Below the pieces are notes generated by a model. The model saw only the letters and a program-made list of their open reading frames with translations, was not told the origin of the DNA and searched no databases. 64,000 bases of DNA, from the NCBI GenBank assembly GCA_947627475.1, contig CANQWE010000004.1, forward strand, positions 7 to 64,006. The letters run 5' to 3'. Positions 25,951 through 35,210 of the stretch are shown piece by piece. Made by a program: the position numbers and the translations under genes. The DNA is from an uncultured Clostridia bacterium (GTDB taxonomy: Bacteria > Bacillota > Clostridia > Oscillospirales > CAG-272). How positions within the stretch are numbered: position 1 is the first letter of the stretch; each line of letters starts with the position of its first letter.

Positions 25951-26619
25951 TTACTGAAAAGAAGGGGCTTCAACTTTTGTTTCGGTAAACCTGCTATCCT
26001 CGGGAGACGGCTCAGACATACTAAAATACATTTTTGCCGCCTTCGTTGTACCAAAATCCCGGTTAGATCCGGTATTCTGCACTTTATTAAAAGCCTCTCT
26101 GAACATAGCATTATGGGCTTCCTCACGATTCAGCAGGAAGTCAATGGTTTCCTTTACCTTTTTGTCGTTAATTTGTCGATACAAATACTCATAAACCACT
26201 TTTGCGCGCTGTTCAGATGCAATATTAGAAAGCAAATCAGCACAAAGGTCCCCAGTAACCGTCACATAATCTCCTGTCCAGGAATATCCGGAAGCATTGA
26301 TTAACCCGGGATTTAAGCCTAACAACACGTGAGACTGAATTTCACCTGCGGGAACAGCCGATGCTTCCACATCATGACCATTAAGCATATGGATAGTTTG
26401 TGCAACCATTTCCATGTGCCCTAGCTCCTCTGCCGCAATGTCAAGAAAAAGGTCTTTTATTTCAGGATCTTTGATCCGAAAGCTTTGCGACATATATTGC
26501 ATGGCAGCTTTTAATTCACCGTTGGCTCCGCCAAGCTGCTCCTGCAGAAGTGCTGCATATTGCGGATTGGGTTTTTCAATTTCAACTGGATGAAACAACA
26601 TTTTTTCATGTTTAAACAT
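25951..26619 (-). CDS. Manganese catalase family protein
   Basis: LQEQLGGANGELKAAMQY and EELGHMEMV di-Mn ligand motifs. Start set to the ATG at 26619 (SD aaaggaagg). Confidence 0.9.
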   Translation of the reverse strand: MFKHEKMLFHPVEIEKPNPQYAALLQEQLGGANGELKAAMQYMSQSFRIKDPEIKDLFLDIAAEELGHMEMVAQTIHMLNGHDVEASAVPAGEIQSHVLLGLNPGLINASGYSWTGDYVTVTGDLCADLLSNIASEQRAKVVYEYLYRQINDKKVKETIDFLLNREEAHNAMFREAFNKVQNTGSNRDFGTTKAAKMYFSMSEPSPEDSRFTETKVEAPSFQ

Positions 26620-26711
26620 AAATGTATACCTTCCTTTCACAAATAGTATTCTGTGTTTTGGATATTTTATACATTATAAATGTTCAAAAATACAGGGACA
26701 ATACTAAATAG

Positions 26712-26745
26712 AAAAAGTCCCGGTACACATTCTGTGTGCCGGGAC
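26712..26745 (-). terminator. Intrinsic terminator about 250 nt downstream of marR
   Basis: 12-bp stem (gtcccggcacac / gtgtaccgggac on the minus strand) followed by TTTTT. Confidence 0.7.
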
Positions 26746-26992
26746 CGTAAACTGGCATCCCCGTCGAGAATCCAACGCACAACTAACCCTCAGGAGATAC
26801 CGAAGAAAACGTATGAGAAGTTGCTTCCAGTCCCTGATAATCCCCTATTTTCCTTTTTTACTTTGAATGCTACCCTGTGTTAGGGAATAATCATCGCTAA
26901 TTATACCCTGTTTTTGAATATCCAATTAAATAGGAATTAGCAGGGGCGTTAAATTTAGGGAAATGGTTATAGTCCCACAAAAATACCTTAAT

Positions 26993-27454
26993 TTAATCGC
27001 CTTTCATTCGAGCTGATATACAGTGCTGAGTTTTTGCATTTGAATAGCCTTGATAACATCGTTCCATCATTTCCAACATCATTTTTCGCTCTTCATCAGA
27101 GAGAACTGTTAATGCTTTTTTCTCAAGATTCCATAAAGGTTCTAAAACTGTTTGTGCGTAATTTTGTCCCACATCAGTAAATAAAACATATTTATTCCGT
27201 CTGTCCTCGGAAACTTCTACAAATTTTATGTACCCTTTGTTTGAAAAGCCTTTAACAATCATATTTACTACTTGTTTGTTGTAGTGGCATAACGCACATA
27301 TGTCTTTCTGTGTTTGAGGTGCTTCTGCATAATAGACAATTTCGAGGACTGTAAGGCTCATATATGTCAGTCCCACAGTCTTTGCATAGTCGTCATAGAT
27401 TTTCTCTATACCCTGCATCAACTGATTAAACTTTGCAAGTTGTTTTCTCAGCAT
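26993..27454 (-). CDS. MarR family transcriptional regulator
   Basis: Winged-helix pattern (LTYMSLTVLEIVYY..., DRRNKYV). Start set to the ATG at 27454 with SD taaggag. Low-GC gene. Confidence 0.85.
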   Translation of the reverse strand: MLRKQLAKFNQLMQGIEKIYDDYAKTVGLTYMSLTVLEIVYYAEAPQTQKDICALCHYNKQVVNMIVKGFSNKGYIKFVEVSEDRRNKYVLFTDVGQNYAQTVLEPLWNLEKKALTVLSDEERKMMLEMMERCYQGYSNAKTQHCISARMKGD

Positions 27455-27464
27455 ATACGACTCC

Positions 27465-28364
27465 TTATCTGAATTTGTAATCAATAGTTATATTTTCATA
27501 CTTTGACTTGACCTCGTGAAATATTTTCTGCCTTTTCTCAATGAGGTATTGGTATAACTCGGAATTTAGCGGTTCTTCAATAATGATGGACAGTTTAATA
27601 AACATTCCTTTTTTGTAGATATAGTATGAGTGCTTTGCTCCCACTAAGTACTTACTGATCACATTGCCAATAAACCCGTTAATACTCTTGTCCTTTGATA
27701 CTCCACCAGCGATTTCTCTGAACGCTTCAATTATTTCTGAAATCGGCTGCTTAATTGTAACAATAACAAGTATAGTCGTCACAAAAAAGTCTCCCGTATA
27801 ATACAAAAAGCCGAAAGGACCATTTATGTTAGTGAGTAAAAGAAGAAAAGTTGCGAAACCAATGATAAGGGATTGCAAACCGTCAATAAAATTTATTTTT
27901 GCTTCCGTGCGTAGCATTGTGCTTACATTGCTGATACGTTTATTCTGTATTGTGTTGTTGATACTAATTGTTGAGCACAGAATAAACATGGCTATTGTAT
28001 AGGGCAACACCGGAGTTAAATTTAACGGAGTTCCATTTCCGGTTAAAAAATACTGATAGGTAGATATAGCTGTTTTCACAACTGAAAATATGAGCAGTGT
28101 AACGATAAGCATTGCTTTGAATACAGAATAAAGTGGTTCTAAAAATTGTAGTCCTTCCGGAAAACTCCTTGTTTTTTTATTGCTAATTTTTGAAATTATG
28201 ATTGCTGCGAATGTGGAAACTAATGCAATAAAAGAAAAGAAGAAGTCAAGAAACAACGCCTGTATACCGGTTGTCAGATAAACCCATAGACCTGCACAAG
28301 TCAGTAAACCGTTCATAAACGTTGTGAATATCAAAGCCCTTTTTTCAATATCTTTTTGTGTCAT
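27465..28364 (-). CDS. Cation-efflux (CDF)-like six-TM membrane protein
   Basis: Six hydrophobic segments plus a C-terminal cytoplasmic domain in CDF-like order. Start set to the ATG at 28364 (MTQKDIEKR; SD gaagg). Family call by eye only. Confidence 0.55.
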   Translation of the reverse strand: MTQKDIEKRALIFTTFMNGLLTCAGLWVYLTTGIQALFLDFFFSFIALVSTFAAIIISKISNKKTRSFPEGLQFLEPLYSVFKAMLIVTLLIFSVVKTAISTYQYFLTGNGTPLNLTPVLPYTIAMFILCSTISINNTIQNKRISNVSTMLRTEAKINFIDGLQSLIIGFATFLLLLTNINGPFGFLYYTGDFFVTTILVIVTIKQPISEIIEAFREIAGGVSKDKSINGFIGNVISKYLVGAKHSYYIYKKGMFIKLSIIIEEPLNSELYQYLIEKRQKIFHEVKSKYENITIDYKFR

Positions 28365-29314
28365 ACGCACTGCCTTCGAAATTAGTAATAAATTTGGACT
28401 AATTATACATCTTGATTTTGAATAAGTCAATATAACGAAAAGAAAACAGGCAACCAATTGATCTCTATGCAAGCCGCCTGCCTGATTTTCATTTTCCGCC
28501 AACTAATAAAGCCATATATCGTTTATGAAAAATACAACAAAGGAAATATAATGGGGTGTCTGATATGCTTACAAGAACCCCTAACACAATAAGCACAATA
28601 TCATTTGTTGCGTAAGCCTAAGTAAAACAAGGACTTCTGCTAAAAGTGAGATATACTGCCAAGAAACAAGAGCAACCCTGCCATTGCCATGGTCATTCCA
28701 AGATAGGTAATTATCTCCCCGTAATAAGCATAAGAATACGTTATCATCCCATACAGGATACTGAATATTTCCCCCAAAGGATTCTTTTCGCATTGAAAAT
28801 GCGTGAAGTGACACCAACTAACGATGCGCATAAGGTTAGATACATTTATTTGTCAGAAAGGAAAGTAAGATAAATGCGACAGAGATAATCCATAATAATC
28901 TTTCTGCCTTTGAAAAACATTGAAACATTTTGGGGGTTTCAACAGAATGACCTCAAACAAATAAGCATACGCATACACCTCTTAAAAGACCTAATGATGT
29001 GTAAACAAATGCGTTTGCATTACACTACCCGGTGACGATTTTGTTGTATTTAGTTGCTTCTAATTTACTATCGTTTCTGCAGTATATCACAAAGATTATT
29101 ATTTTGAAACACGATAAAGTAAAATGGAATGGAATGAATATTGTGGTTGTACTAATCTGAAAAATAATAAAAGTCTATAGATGGAACATACGCCTGTGCA
29201 ATTTAGCTGTTTTTGCTAAAATTCCGATTAGCAAGAATCAGAGTGGTGTTTGTATATAGTCTGAGTTTGTTTTGCTACCATAAAAACAAAAACTCACTCA
29301 AAAAAATAAGTGAG

Positions 29315-29353
29315 TAATAAAAAATAAAAGCGCCGAAAACATTGCGTTTCGGC
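29315..29353 (-). terminator. Terminator downstream of tRNA-Arg
   Basis: Minus strand has stem gccgaaa / tttcggc followed by gcttttatttttt. Confidence 0.65.
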
Positions 29354-29359
29354 ACTTTT

Positions 29360-29436
29360 TGGCGCGCTTGCCCGGATTCGAACCGGGGGCGTTCCGCTTA
29401 GGAGGCGGACCCTCTATCCTGCTGAGGTACAAGCGC
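29360..29436 (-). tRNA. tRNA-Arg (anticodon CCT), CCA encoded
   Basis: Hand-folded cloverleaf: GCGCTTG-TA-CCTC-AGCAGGATA-GAGG-G-TCCGC-CTCCTAA-GCGGA-ACGCC-CCCGG-TTCGAAT-CCGGG-CAAGCGC-G-CCA (77 nt). Confidence 0.92.
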
Positions 29437-29570
29437 ATACACTATACAATTCAAAACAATGAGCATTTTCCTTTTAGGGGCAGGCGAGCGTTAAAGCATA
29501 CGCTTAGGAAAGGCTTGTTAGATCCATTTAACTACGGAGGCATTATGAAAACTTTTTGCTCATGGAGTAT

Positions 29571-29599
29571 AGTATACCATAAATTTCTTTTCAAAGCAA
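29571..29599 (-). promoter_or_regulatory. Candidate promoter upstream of tRNA-Arg
   Basis: Minus strand reads TTGCTT, 17 nt, TATACT with TGg extended -10. It would give a leader of about 125 nt. Confidence 0.45.
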
Positions 29600-29609
29600 G
29601 CTTCTTTTC

Positions 29610-29647
29610 AAAAAAGCAGCGGGCCATTAACCCGCTGCCCTTTTTTT
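29610..29647. terminator. Bidirectional intrinsic terminator after the lipoprotein gene
   Basis: Stem gcagcggg / cccgctgc flanked by A6 and T7. Confidence 0.8.
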
Positions 29648-31055
29648 ACGCTTGCAATGATTGTGCAACTTCTTCGTAAACCGCTGTTTCATGGACTTCA
29701 CTGAGTGCTTCCATATCCGCAATATACTTCTCTTCCTCCAATGCCTGCTTTGCCTGATTTTTCCACTGAATTTGTCCGTCTCCTTCAAAATACACAACAA
29801 AGTATGCTTCGTTTCCTCGAAGCACCTCTACATCTCCCACCTGTCTGTCCGGATTATAAAGCCACTCAATTACAGAATCCGGAAACTTACTGGGGGCCTG
29901 ACCTAAGTTTTCCTGAAGCCCGCCCACATAGGAGGTGGCCCCATCTTCACTGTAATTGTAGGCAAGTTCCCCAAAGCTGTGGGCATCCGCATCCCCTGTC
30001 CTCCACGTTTCCAAGAGCTCGTCTGCCCGCGTCCGTGCTTTTTCATATGTGCCATAGGTATCCAGCGTTATATAAATGTACCGAAAATTTTTCGTAACAT
30101 AGTCCTGTAGGTACGGCGCCCTTGTCAGCAGATAGACTGTATAAATTCCATCTACCTCATTTTTATCCACATAGGTTGTACCGGCTGCCGCTCCATGAAA
30201 GGCCCATTCACTGAAAGCATTGTCCGCCTCTTTACGTACATATGTGTTCGAAAGAGTAGAGAGATCAACTTCATCTTCACCTTTTTCCAATGTTTCCATC
30301 TCGTAAGTACGCACGTAGGTTTCAAAGGAAGCACTGTCTGTTACCGCCGCCACTTCCCCTGCCCTGGCAGCAGCATTTGGATCGGTATCCTCATCAAACG
30401 TATAGGAAAGGTAATCGATAAAATAAAATGCATCTGTATTAGCTTCCAAATATCCAATAAGTTCGTCTTCAGAAAGATCGTACTCGGCAATCATAGCATC
30501 CCGATATTTGTAGGCCAGTCTATCCTTTTCCATATAGGAACGCATCACATCCAGTGTTACATCCTTGCCAAACAAGCCAGAAAGAAGTTCCACCAAGTCA
30601 TACTGATAATCTGCCGCGTACTGCTCATAGCTCTCCAGCGAAATATCGATTTCCTTTTGATCCTGCTCGTCCAGTTCTATACCAGCTGCTTTAGCGCCTT
30701 CACACAGGACAAGGATCTGACGCATATATTCCAAAGAAGGTTCAGCAAAATAGTCAAACCAAGACTGCTCTTCAGAATAAGACTGTTCTTTTAAAGAGGC
30801 ACTGGTATCAAATCCAAAATGCTGCATATAGCTTTGATTGTACTGAAGAAAATCCTGGTAATTCAAATAAAACTGATAGGAAAATTCTCCTCTGGTAAAC
30901 TGAAAGTTCTCACTTTCCATGACAATATCCGCAGCCGTATACTGTTTCTCTTCTTTGTTTTCATCCTCCCCTTCTTTTCCGTTTCCCTTACTACAGGAAA
31001 CAAGGCCCAAAAGAAGTATCATCGCGAGAAATGCGGCAAGCAATTTTTTAAGCAT
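29646..31055 (-). CDS. PrsA-like lipoprotein with a degenerate parvulin (PpiC) domain
   Basis: Lipobox LGLVSC after a signal peptide. C-terminal segment FGELAYNYSEDGATSYVGG ... resembles a PpiC-type PPIase. Confidence 0.6.
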   Translation of the reverse strand: MLKKLLAAFLAMILLLGLVSCSKGNGKEGEDENKEEKQYTAADIVMESENFQFTRGEFSYQFYLNYQDFLQYNQSYMQHFGFDTSASLKEQSYSEEQSWFDYFAEPSLEYMRQILVLCEGAKAAGIELDEQDQKEIDISLESYEQYAADYQYDLVELLSGLFGKDVTLDVMRSYMEKDRLAYKYRDAMIAEYDLSEDELIGYLEANTDAFYFIDYLSYTFDEDTDPNAAARAGEVAAVTDSASFETYVRTYEMETLEKGEDEVDLSTLSNTYVRKEADNAFSEWAFHGAAAGTTYVDKNEVDGIYTVYLLTRAPYLQDYVTKNFRYIYITLDTYGTYEKARTRADELLETWRTGDADAHSFGELAYNYSEDGATSYVGGLQENLGQAPSKFPDSVIEWLYNPDRQVGDVEVLRGNEAYFVVYFEGDGQIQWKNQAKQALEEEKYIADMEALSEVHETAVYEEVAQSLQA

Positions 31056-31175
31056 GGCAGGTACCGTGCCTTTCCTTTAAATCTTTTAATATTCTACCAT
31101 AGAGACGTGCAAATTGCAAGGTGGTTCTTTATGGCAACGCAAACCATGCTGACATATTCCCTCTTGCAAAAGCAG

Positions 31176-31207
31176 AAAAACCGTCGCCCTATAGGGTGAC
31201 GGTTTTC
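31176..31207. terminator. Intrinsic terminator after hydA
   Basis: Stem aaccgtcgccc / gggtgacggtt (one G-U pair) flanked by A5 and T4. Confidence 0.8.
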
Positions 31208-31216
31208 TTATAAAGC

Positions 31217-32965
31217 TCACAGAGACCGTTTTACATAATGTGTGTGCAAAAGCTCATGTGCCTTATGGCTGTTTGGCTCACCTAGGAACTCATCATATAC
31301 AAGTTTGACGATGGGGTTTTCATGAGATTTACGATAAGGCAGATTTTTGTCTGCATCGTAAAGAATCTTTGCACGGACAGCACGCAAATCAATAGAATTA
31401 CGCACGCTTGCAGGCTGGATCGGCTGTCCTCCACCGTTTACACAGCCGCCGGGACATGCCATAATCTCGATAAAGTCTGCTTTATATTCTCCACTCTGGA
31501 TACCACGCAGCAGTTTGCCTGCATTTGCGGTGCCGCTGGCCACTGCCACACGAACAGTCATATCGCCCAGCTTATATTCAGCAAATTTGATCCCCTCTGT
31601 ACCACGTACATCTTCAAATTCTACCTTTTCCAAAGTAGTTCCCAGAATCACCTCTGCTGCAGTACGAAGCGCCGCTTCCATAACGCCGCCGGTAGCGCCG
31701 AAGATTGCGCCTGCACCGGAACCGATGTCGATCGGTGTATCGAATTTTTCCTCCGGCAGCATTTTGAAGTTGATGCCGGCAGACTCGATCATACGGCCAA
31801 GTTCTCTGGTGGTAACGGCGATATCCACATTCTGCAGGTCGTCATTGGACTGGCCCTCTCTCCCGACTTCAAATTTCTTAGCCGTACAGGGAATCGCAGA
31901 TACAAATACGACATCCTCCGGATCTACGCCCATCTTTTTGCAGAAGAACGCCTTATAGATAGCGCCAAACATCTGCTGGGGAGATTTACAGGTAGACAGG
32001 TTGTCGATCATTTCCGGGAAGTAGTGCTCACAGTATTTGATCCATCCGGGAGAACAGGATGTGATCATAGGAAGGGTACCGCCGTTTTGGATACGGCCCA
32101 AAAGCTCAGTAGCCTCTTCCATAATCGTCAGGTCCGCTGTAAAGTTCATGTCGTATACGCCGTCAAAGCCCAGGCGCTTCAGAGCAGCAACCATTTTTCC
32201 TTCACAGTCGGTACCAGGCTCATAGCCAAAGCATTCACCAATCTGCGCACGTACAGAAGGAGCACAGCAGATCGCCACATGCTTGGTGGGATCGTTCAGT
32301 GCCTCACGGATTCTGTCTGTATCATCCTTTTCATACAGCGCTCCTACAGGACATGCCACGATACACTGTCCGCAATTGATACAGGTGGTATCTGCAAGAT
32401 CGGCCTCAAAGGCGCAGCCTACAACTGTATCATAGCCGCGGTTCTGCATGCCGATGGCACCGATTCCCTGCACCCGGTTGCACGCACCTACACAGCGGCG
32501 GCAAAGGATACATTTATTGGGATCCCGCACAATAGAAGGGCCTGTAGTTTCCAGCGGCATCGGCTCAGTTTTCACCGGCTTGAAGTAGTCCTCCTCCACG
32601 CCGTAATCCAGAGCATATTTCTGCAGTTCGCAGGTCTTGGAACGGATACAGGAAAGACATTTTTTCTCGTGGGCAGAAAGTACCAACTGTATATTCATTT
32701 TCCGGGCAGCCTGCACCTTGGCCGTATTGGTAAGAATTTCTGTACCGTCCCGCTCAATGGGATACACACAGGAGGTCACCAGACCTCTCGCGCCTACTAC
32801 CTCTACCAAGCACAGACGGCAAGCGCCGATCTCGTTTACATCTTTCAAATAGCACAGTGTAGGGATTTCAATGCCCGCCTGTCTGCACGCCTCCAGAACG
32901 GTAGTTCCGTAGGGCACAGAATACTCTGCGCCATTGATTTTTATATTGACCATTTTGGTTTCCAT
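31217..32965 (-). CDS. hydA: [FeFe]-hydrogenase catalytic subunit, NuoEF-associated (bifurcating/Hnd type)
   Basis: N-terminal 2Fe-2S and multiple 4Fe-4S Cys motifs. H-cluster motifs TSCSPGW, IPCTAKKFE, EIMACPGGCVNGGG. 582 aa. Confidence 0.93.
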   Translation of the reverse strand: METKMVNIKINGAEYSVPYGTTVLEACRQAGIEIPTLCYLKDVNEIGACRLCLVEVVGARGLVTSCVYPIERDGTEILTNTAKVQAARKMNIQLVLSAHEKKCLSCIRSKTCELQKYALDYGVEEDYFKPVKTEPMPLETTGPSIVRDPNKCILCRRCVGACNRVQGIGAIGMQNRGYDTVVGCAFEADLADTTCINCGQCIVACPVGALYEKDDTDRIREALNDPTKHVAICCAPSVRAQIGECFGYEPGTDCEGKMVAALKRLGFDGVYDMNFTADLTIMEEATELLGRIQNGGTLPMITSCSPGWIKYCEHYFPEMIDNLSTCKSPQQMFGAIYKAFFCKKMGVDPEDVVFVSAIPCTAKKFEVGREGQSNDDLQNVDIAVTTRELGRMIESAGINFKMLPEEKFDTPIDIGSGAGAIFGATGGVMEAALRTAAEVILGTTLEKVEFEDVRGTEGIKFAEYKLGDMTVRVAVASGTANAGKLLRGIQSGEYKADFIEIMACPGGCVNGGGQPIQPASVRNSIDLRAVRAKILYDADKNLPYRKSHENPIVKLVYDEFLGEPNSHKAHELLHTHYVKRSL

Positions 32966-32985
32966 TTATTGCATGTACTCCTTCC

Positions 32986-34785
32986 TTACTTCTTGTAAAT
33001 CGCGCCGAATTTACATTTTTCAATACAAGCGCCGCACTTCAGACATTTCTCCGGATCGATGACATGCGGATTCTTGACCGTACCGGAAATTGCGTCTGCA
33101 GGACATACCCGGGCGCAAAGGGTACAGCCTTTACACTTGTCAGGATCGATGTTGTAAGAAAGAAGTTTTTTGCACACACCGGCAGGACATCTTTTTTCTT
33201 TGATATGGGCTTCATATTCATCCCGGAAATACCGAAGCGTGGACAGAACCGGGTTAGGGGCTGTTTGTCCCAGACCGCAAAGGGATGCAGACTTAATATA
33301 ATTTGCCAGTTCCTCCAGCTTATCAAGATCTTCCATCTCCCCGTTGCCCTCGGTGATTCTATTCAGAATCTCCAGCATACGAACAGTGCCGATCCGGCAG
33401 GGAGCACATTTACCGCAGGACTCATCTACAGTAAACTCTAAGAAGAACTTAGCAAGGTCTACCATACAGGTATCCTCATCCATGACGATCAGACCACCGG
33501 AACCCATCATAGAACCGATTTCCAGCAAATTGTCATAGTCGATAGGCGTATCGATCAGAGATGCGGGAATACATCCGCCGGAAGGACCGCCGGTCTGGGC
33601 CGCTTTAAATTTTTTGCCGCCCGGGATACCGCCGCCGATTTCTTCTACGATTTCCCGCAGTGTGGTCCCCATAGGCACTTCCACCAGGCCTGTGTTGGTA
33701 ATCTTACCGCCCAGGGCAAATACTTTTGTACCCTTGGACTTTTCTGTACCCATAGAGGCAAACCATTCCGGCCCGTTCAAAATGATCTGGGGAATGTTTG
33801 CATAGGTCTCTACGTTGTTCAGAATCGTAGGACGCTCAAAAAGGCCCTTCACAGCCGGGAACGGAGGACGCGGACGGGGCTCACCGCGCTTGCCTTCTAT
33901 GGAGGTCATCAGCGCTGTCTCTTCACCACATACGAAGGCGCCGGCGCCAAGGCGCAGCTGAATATCAAAATTGAATCCGGTATCCAGAATATTGTTGCCA
34001 AGCAGGCCGTATTCTCTTGCCTGCTGCAAAGCGATCTCCAAGCGGTTTACGGCAATGGGATACTCTGCACGCACATAGATATAACCCTGGTCGGCACCGA
34101 TAGCATAACCTGCAATGGCCATTGCCTCCAGTACGGCATGCGGGTCGCCTTCCAAAACGGAACGGTCCATAAATGCACCCGGGTCGCCTTCGTCTGCGTT
34201 ACAGCAAACATACTTCTTCCCTTCGCTGCCCATAGCAAACTTCCATTTCAGACCAGTGGGGAATCCTGCTCCGCCGCGCCCCCGCAGGCCGGAATCCAGC
34301 AGTGTCTGCACAACATCCTCTCTGCTCATTTCCGTCAGCACCTTTGCCAGGGCAAAGTACCCGTCCATTGCTATGTATTCATCAATTTTTTCCGGGTTGA
34401 TTACACCGCAGTTGCGCAGTGCAACACGCTTTTGCTTTTTATAGAAATCCGTATCGGAAAGAGAGGTGTGCAGTGCATGTGCCTCTCCTTCTGCGTCATC
34501 GTTTTTATTATAAACCAGACGATCTACGATGCGCCCTTTCAGCAGATGTTCAGACACGATTTCCGGGATATCCTCTTCGGTAACTCTGGAATAAAATGTT
34601 CCCTCCGGATACACGATCATAATTGGTCCCAGCGCGCACAAACCAAAGCATCCGGTCTGGACGATTTTTATTTCTTCGCTCAGGTCATTGGCTGCCAGTT
34701 CCTTTGCAAGCGCCTCCCGCAGCGCAGTACTGCCGGAGGATGTACAGCCTGTACCTCCGCAAATCAAAACATGTGAACGTACCAT
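32986..34785 (-). CDS. hydB: NuoF-like flavin/NAD(P)H-binding hydrogenase subunit
   Basis: N-terminal thioredoxin-like 2Fe-2S, GLRGRGGAGFPTGLKW FMN motif, C-terminal 2x[4Fe-4S]. Start set to the ATG at 34785 (SD ggaggg). Confidence 0.93.
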   Translation of the reverse strand: MVRSHVLICGGTGCTSSGSTALREALAKELAANDLSEEIKIVQTGCFGLCALGPIMIVYPEGTFYSRVTEEDIPEIVSEHLLKGRIVDRLVYNKNDDAEGEAHALHTSLSDTDFYKKQKRVALRNCGVINPEKIDEYIAMDGYFALAKVLTEMSREDVVQTLLDSGLRGRGGAGFPTGLKWKFAMGSEGKKYVCCNADEGDPGAFMDRSVLEGDPHAVLEAMAIAGYAIGADQGYIYVRAEYPIAVNRLEIALQQAREYGLLGNNILDTGFNFDIQLRLGAGAFVCGEETALMTSIEGKRGEPRPRPPFPAVKGLFERPTILNNVETYANIPQIILNGPEWFASMGTEKSKGTKVFALGGKITNTGLVEVPMGTTLREIVEEIGGGIPGGKKFKAAQTGGPSGGCIPASLIDTPIDYDNLLEIGSMMGSGGLIVMDEDTCMVDLAKFFLEFTVDESCGKCAPCRIGTVRMLEILNRITEGNGEMEDLDKLEELANYIKSASLCGLGQTAPNPVLSTLRYFRDEYEAHIKEKRCPAGVCKKLLSYNIDPDKCKGCTLCARVCPADAISGTVKNPHVIDPEKCLKCGACIEKCKFGAIYKK

Positions 34786-34804
34786 TCTTTTTTGTCCCTC
34801 CAGA

Positions 34805-35176
34805 TCAAAGCTTTGTATTGCCAATCAAATATTCCATAACAGGTTTCCCACCCTTCAGGTGCTCTTCTACAACCCGTTTGGCTTTTTCAGGCGTCATTTT
34901 TACATATGTAGTCTTTTCTTTTCCGTCCTCAAAGATCTCAACTACCGGTTCATACTGGCAGATGCCGATGCACCCGGTCTGGGTTACCATCACCTTGTCG
35001 GTGAGATTGGCTGCAGCCACTTCCTCCACAAAGGTATTGAGCACCGGTCTAGCGCCTGCTGATATTCCGCAGGTAGCCATACCCACTACGACACGGACGT
35101 CTCCGGATCCTGTCCGAATGGCGACTTTGTCTTTCATTTGCTCTCTGATCGCTGCAAGTTCTGATAACGATTTCAT
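34805..35176 (-). CDS. Thioredoxin-like [2Fe-2S] ferredoxin (HndB/HydD-like small subunit)
   Basis: ATCGISAGA ... TGCIGICQYEP pattern. Start set to the ATG at 35176 (SD ggaaaggaag). Confidence 0.8.
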   Translation of the reverse strand: MKSLSELAAIREQMKDKVAIRTGSGDVRVVVGMATCGISAGARPVLNTFVEEVAAANLTDKVMVTQTGCIGICQYEPVVEIFEDGKEKTTYVKMTPEKAKRVVEEHLKGGKPVMEYLIGNTKL

Positions 35177-35210
35177 ACGATGCTTCCTTTCCCATATTTC
35201 TTTATATAAA

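Noticed and set aside
26650-29359. Integrase, transposase or direct repeat of the tRNA 3' end that would define an intact mobile island
   Set aside because: No such ORF or repeat was found by eye, so the islet is reported only as a compositional anomaly and not as a mobile element.
29359-29679. 106-aa plus-strand ORF
   Set aside because: It runs antisense through tRNA-Arg, its leader and a terminator.
31322-32998. 558-aa plus-strand ORF
   Set aside because: It is antisense to hydA, whose motifs are unambiguous. Its composition is typical of a reverse-frame artefact.
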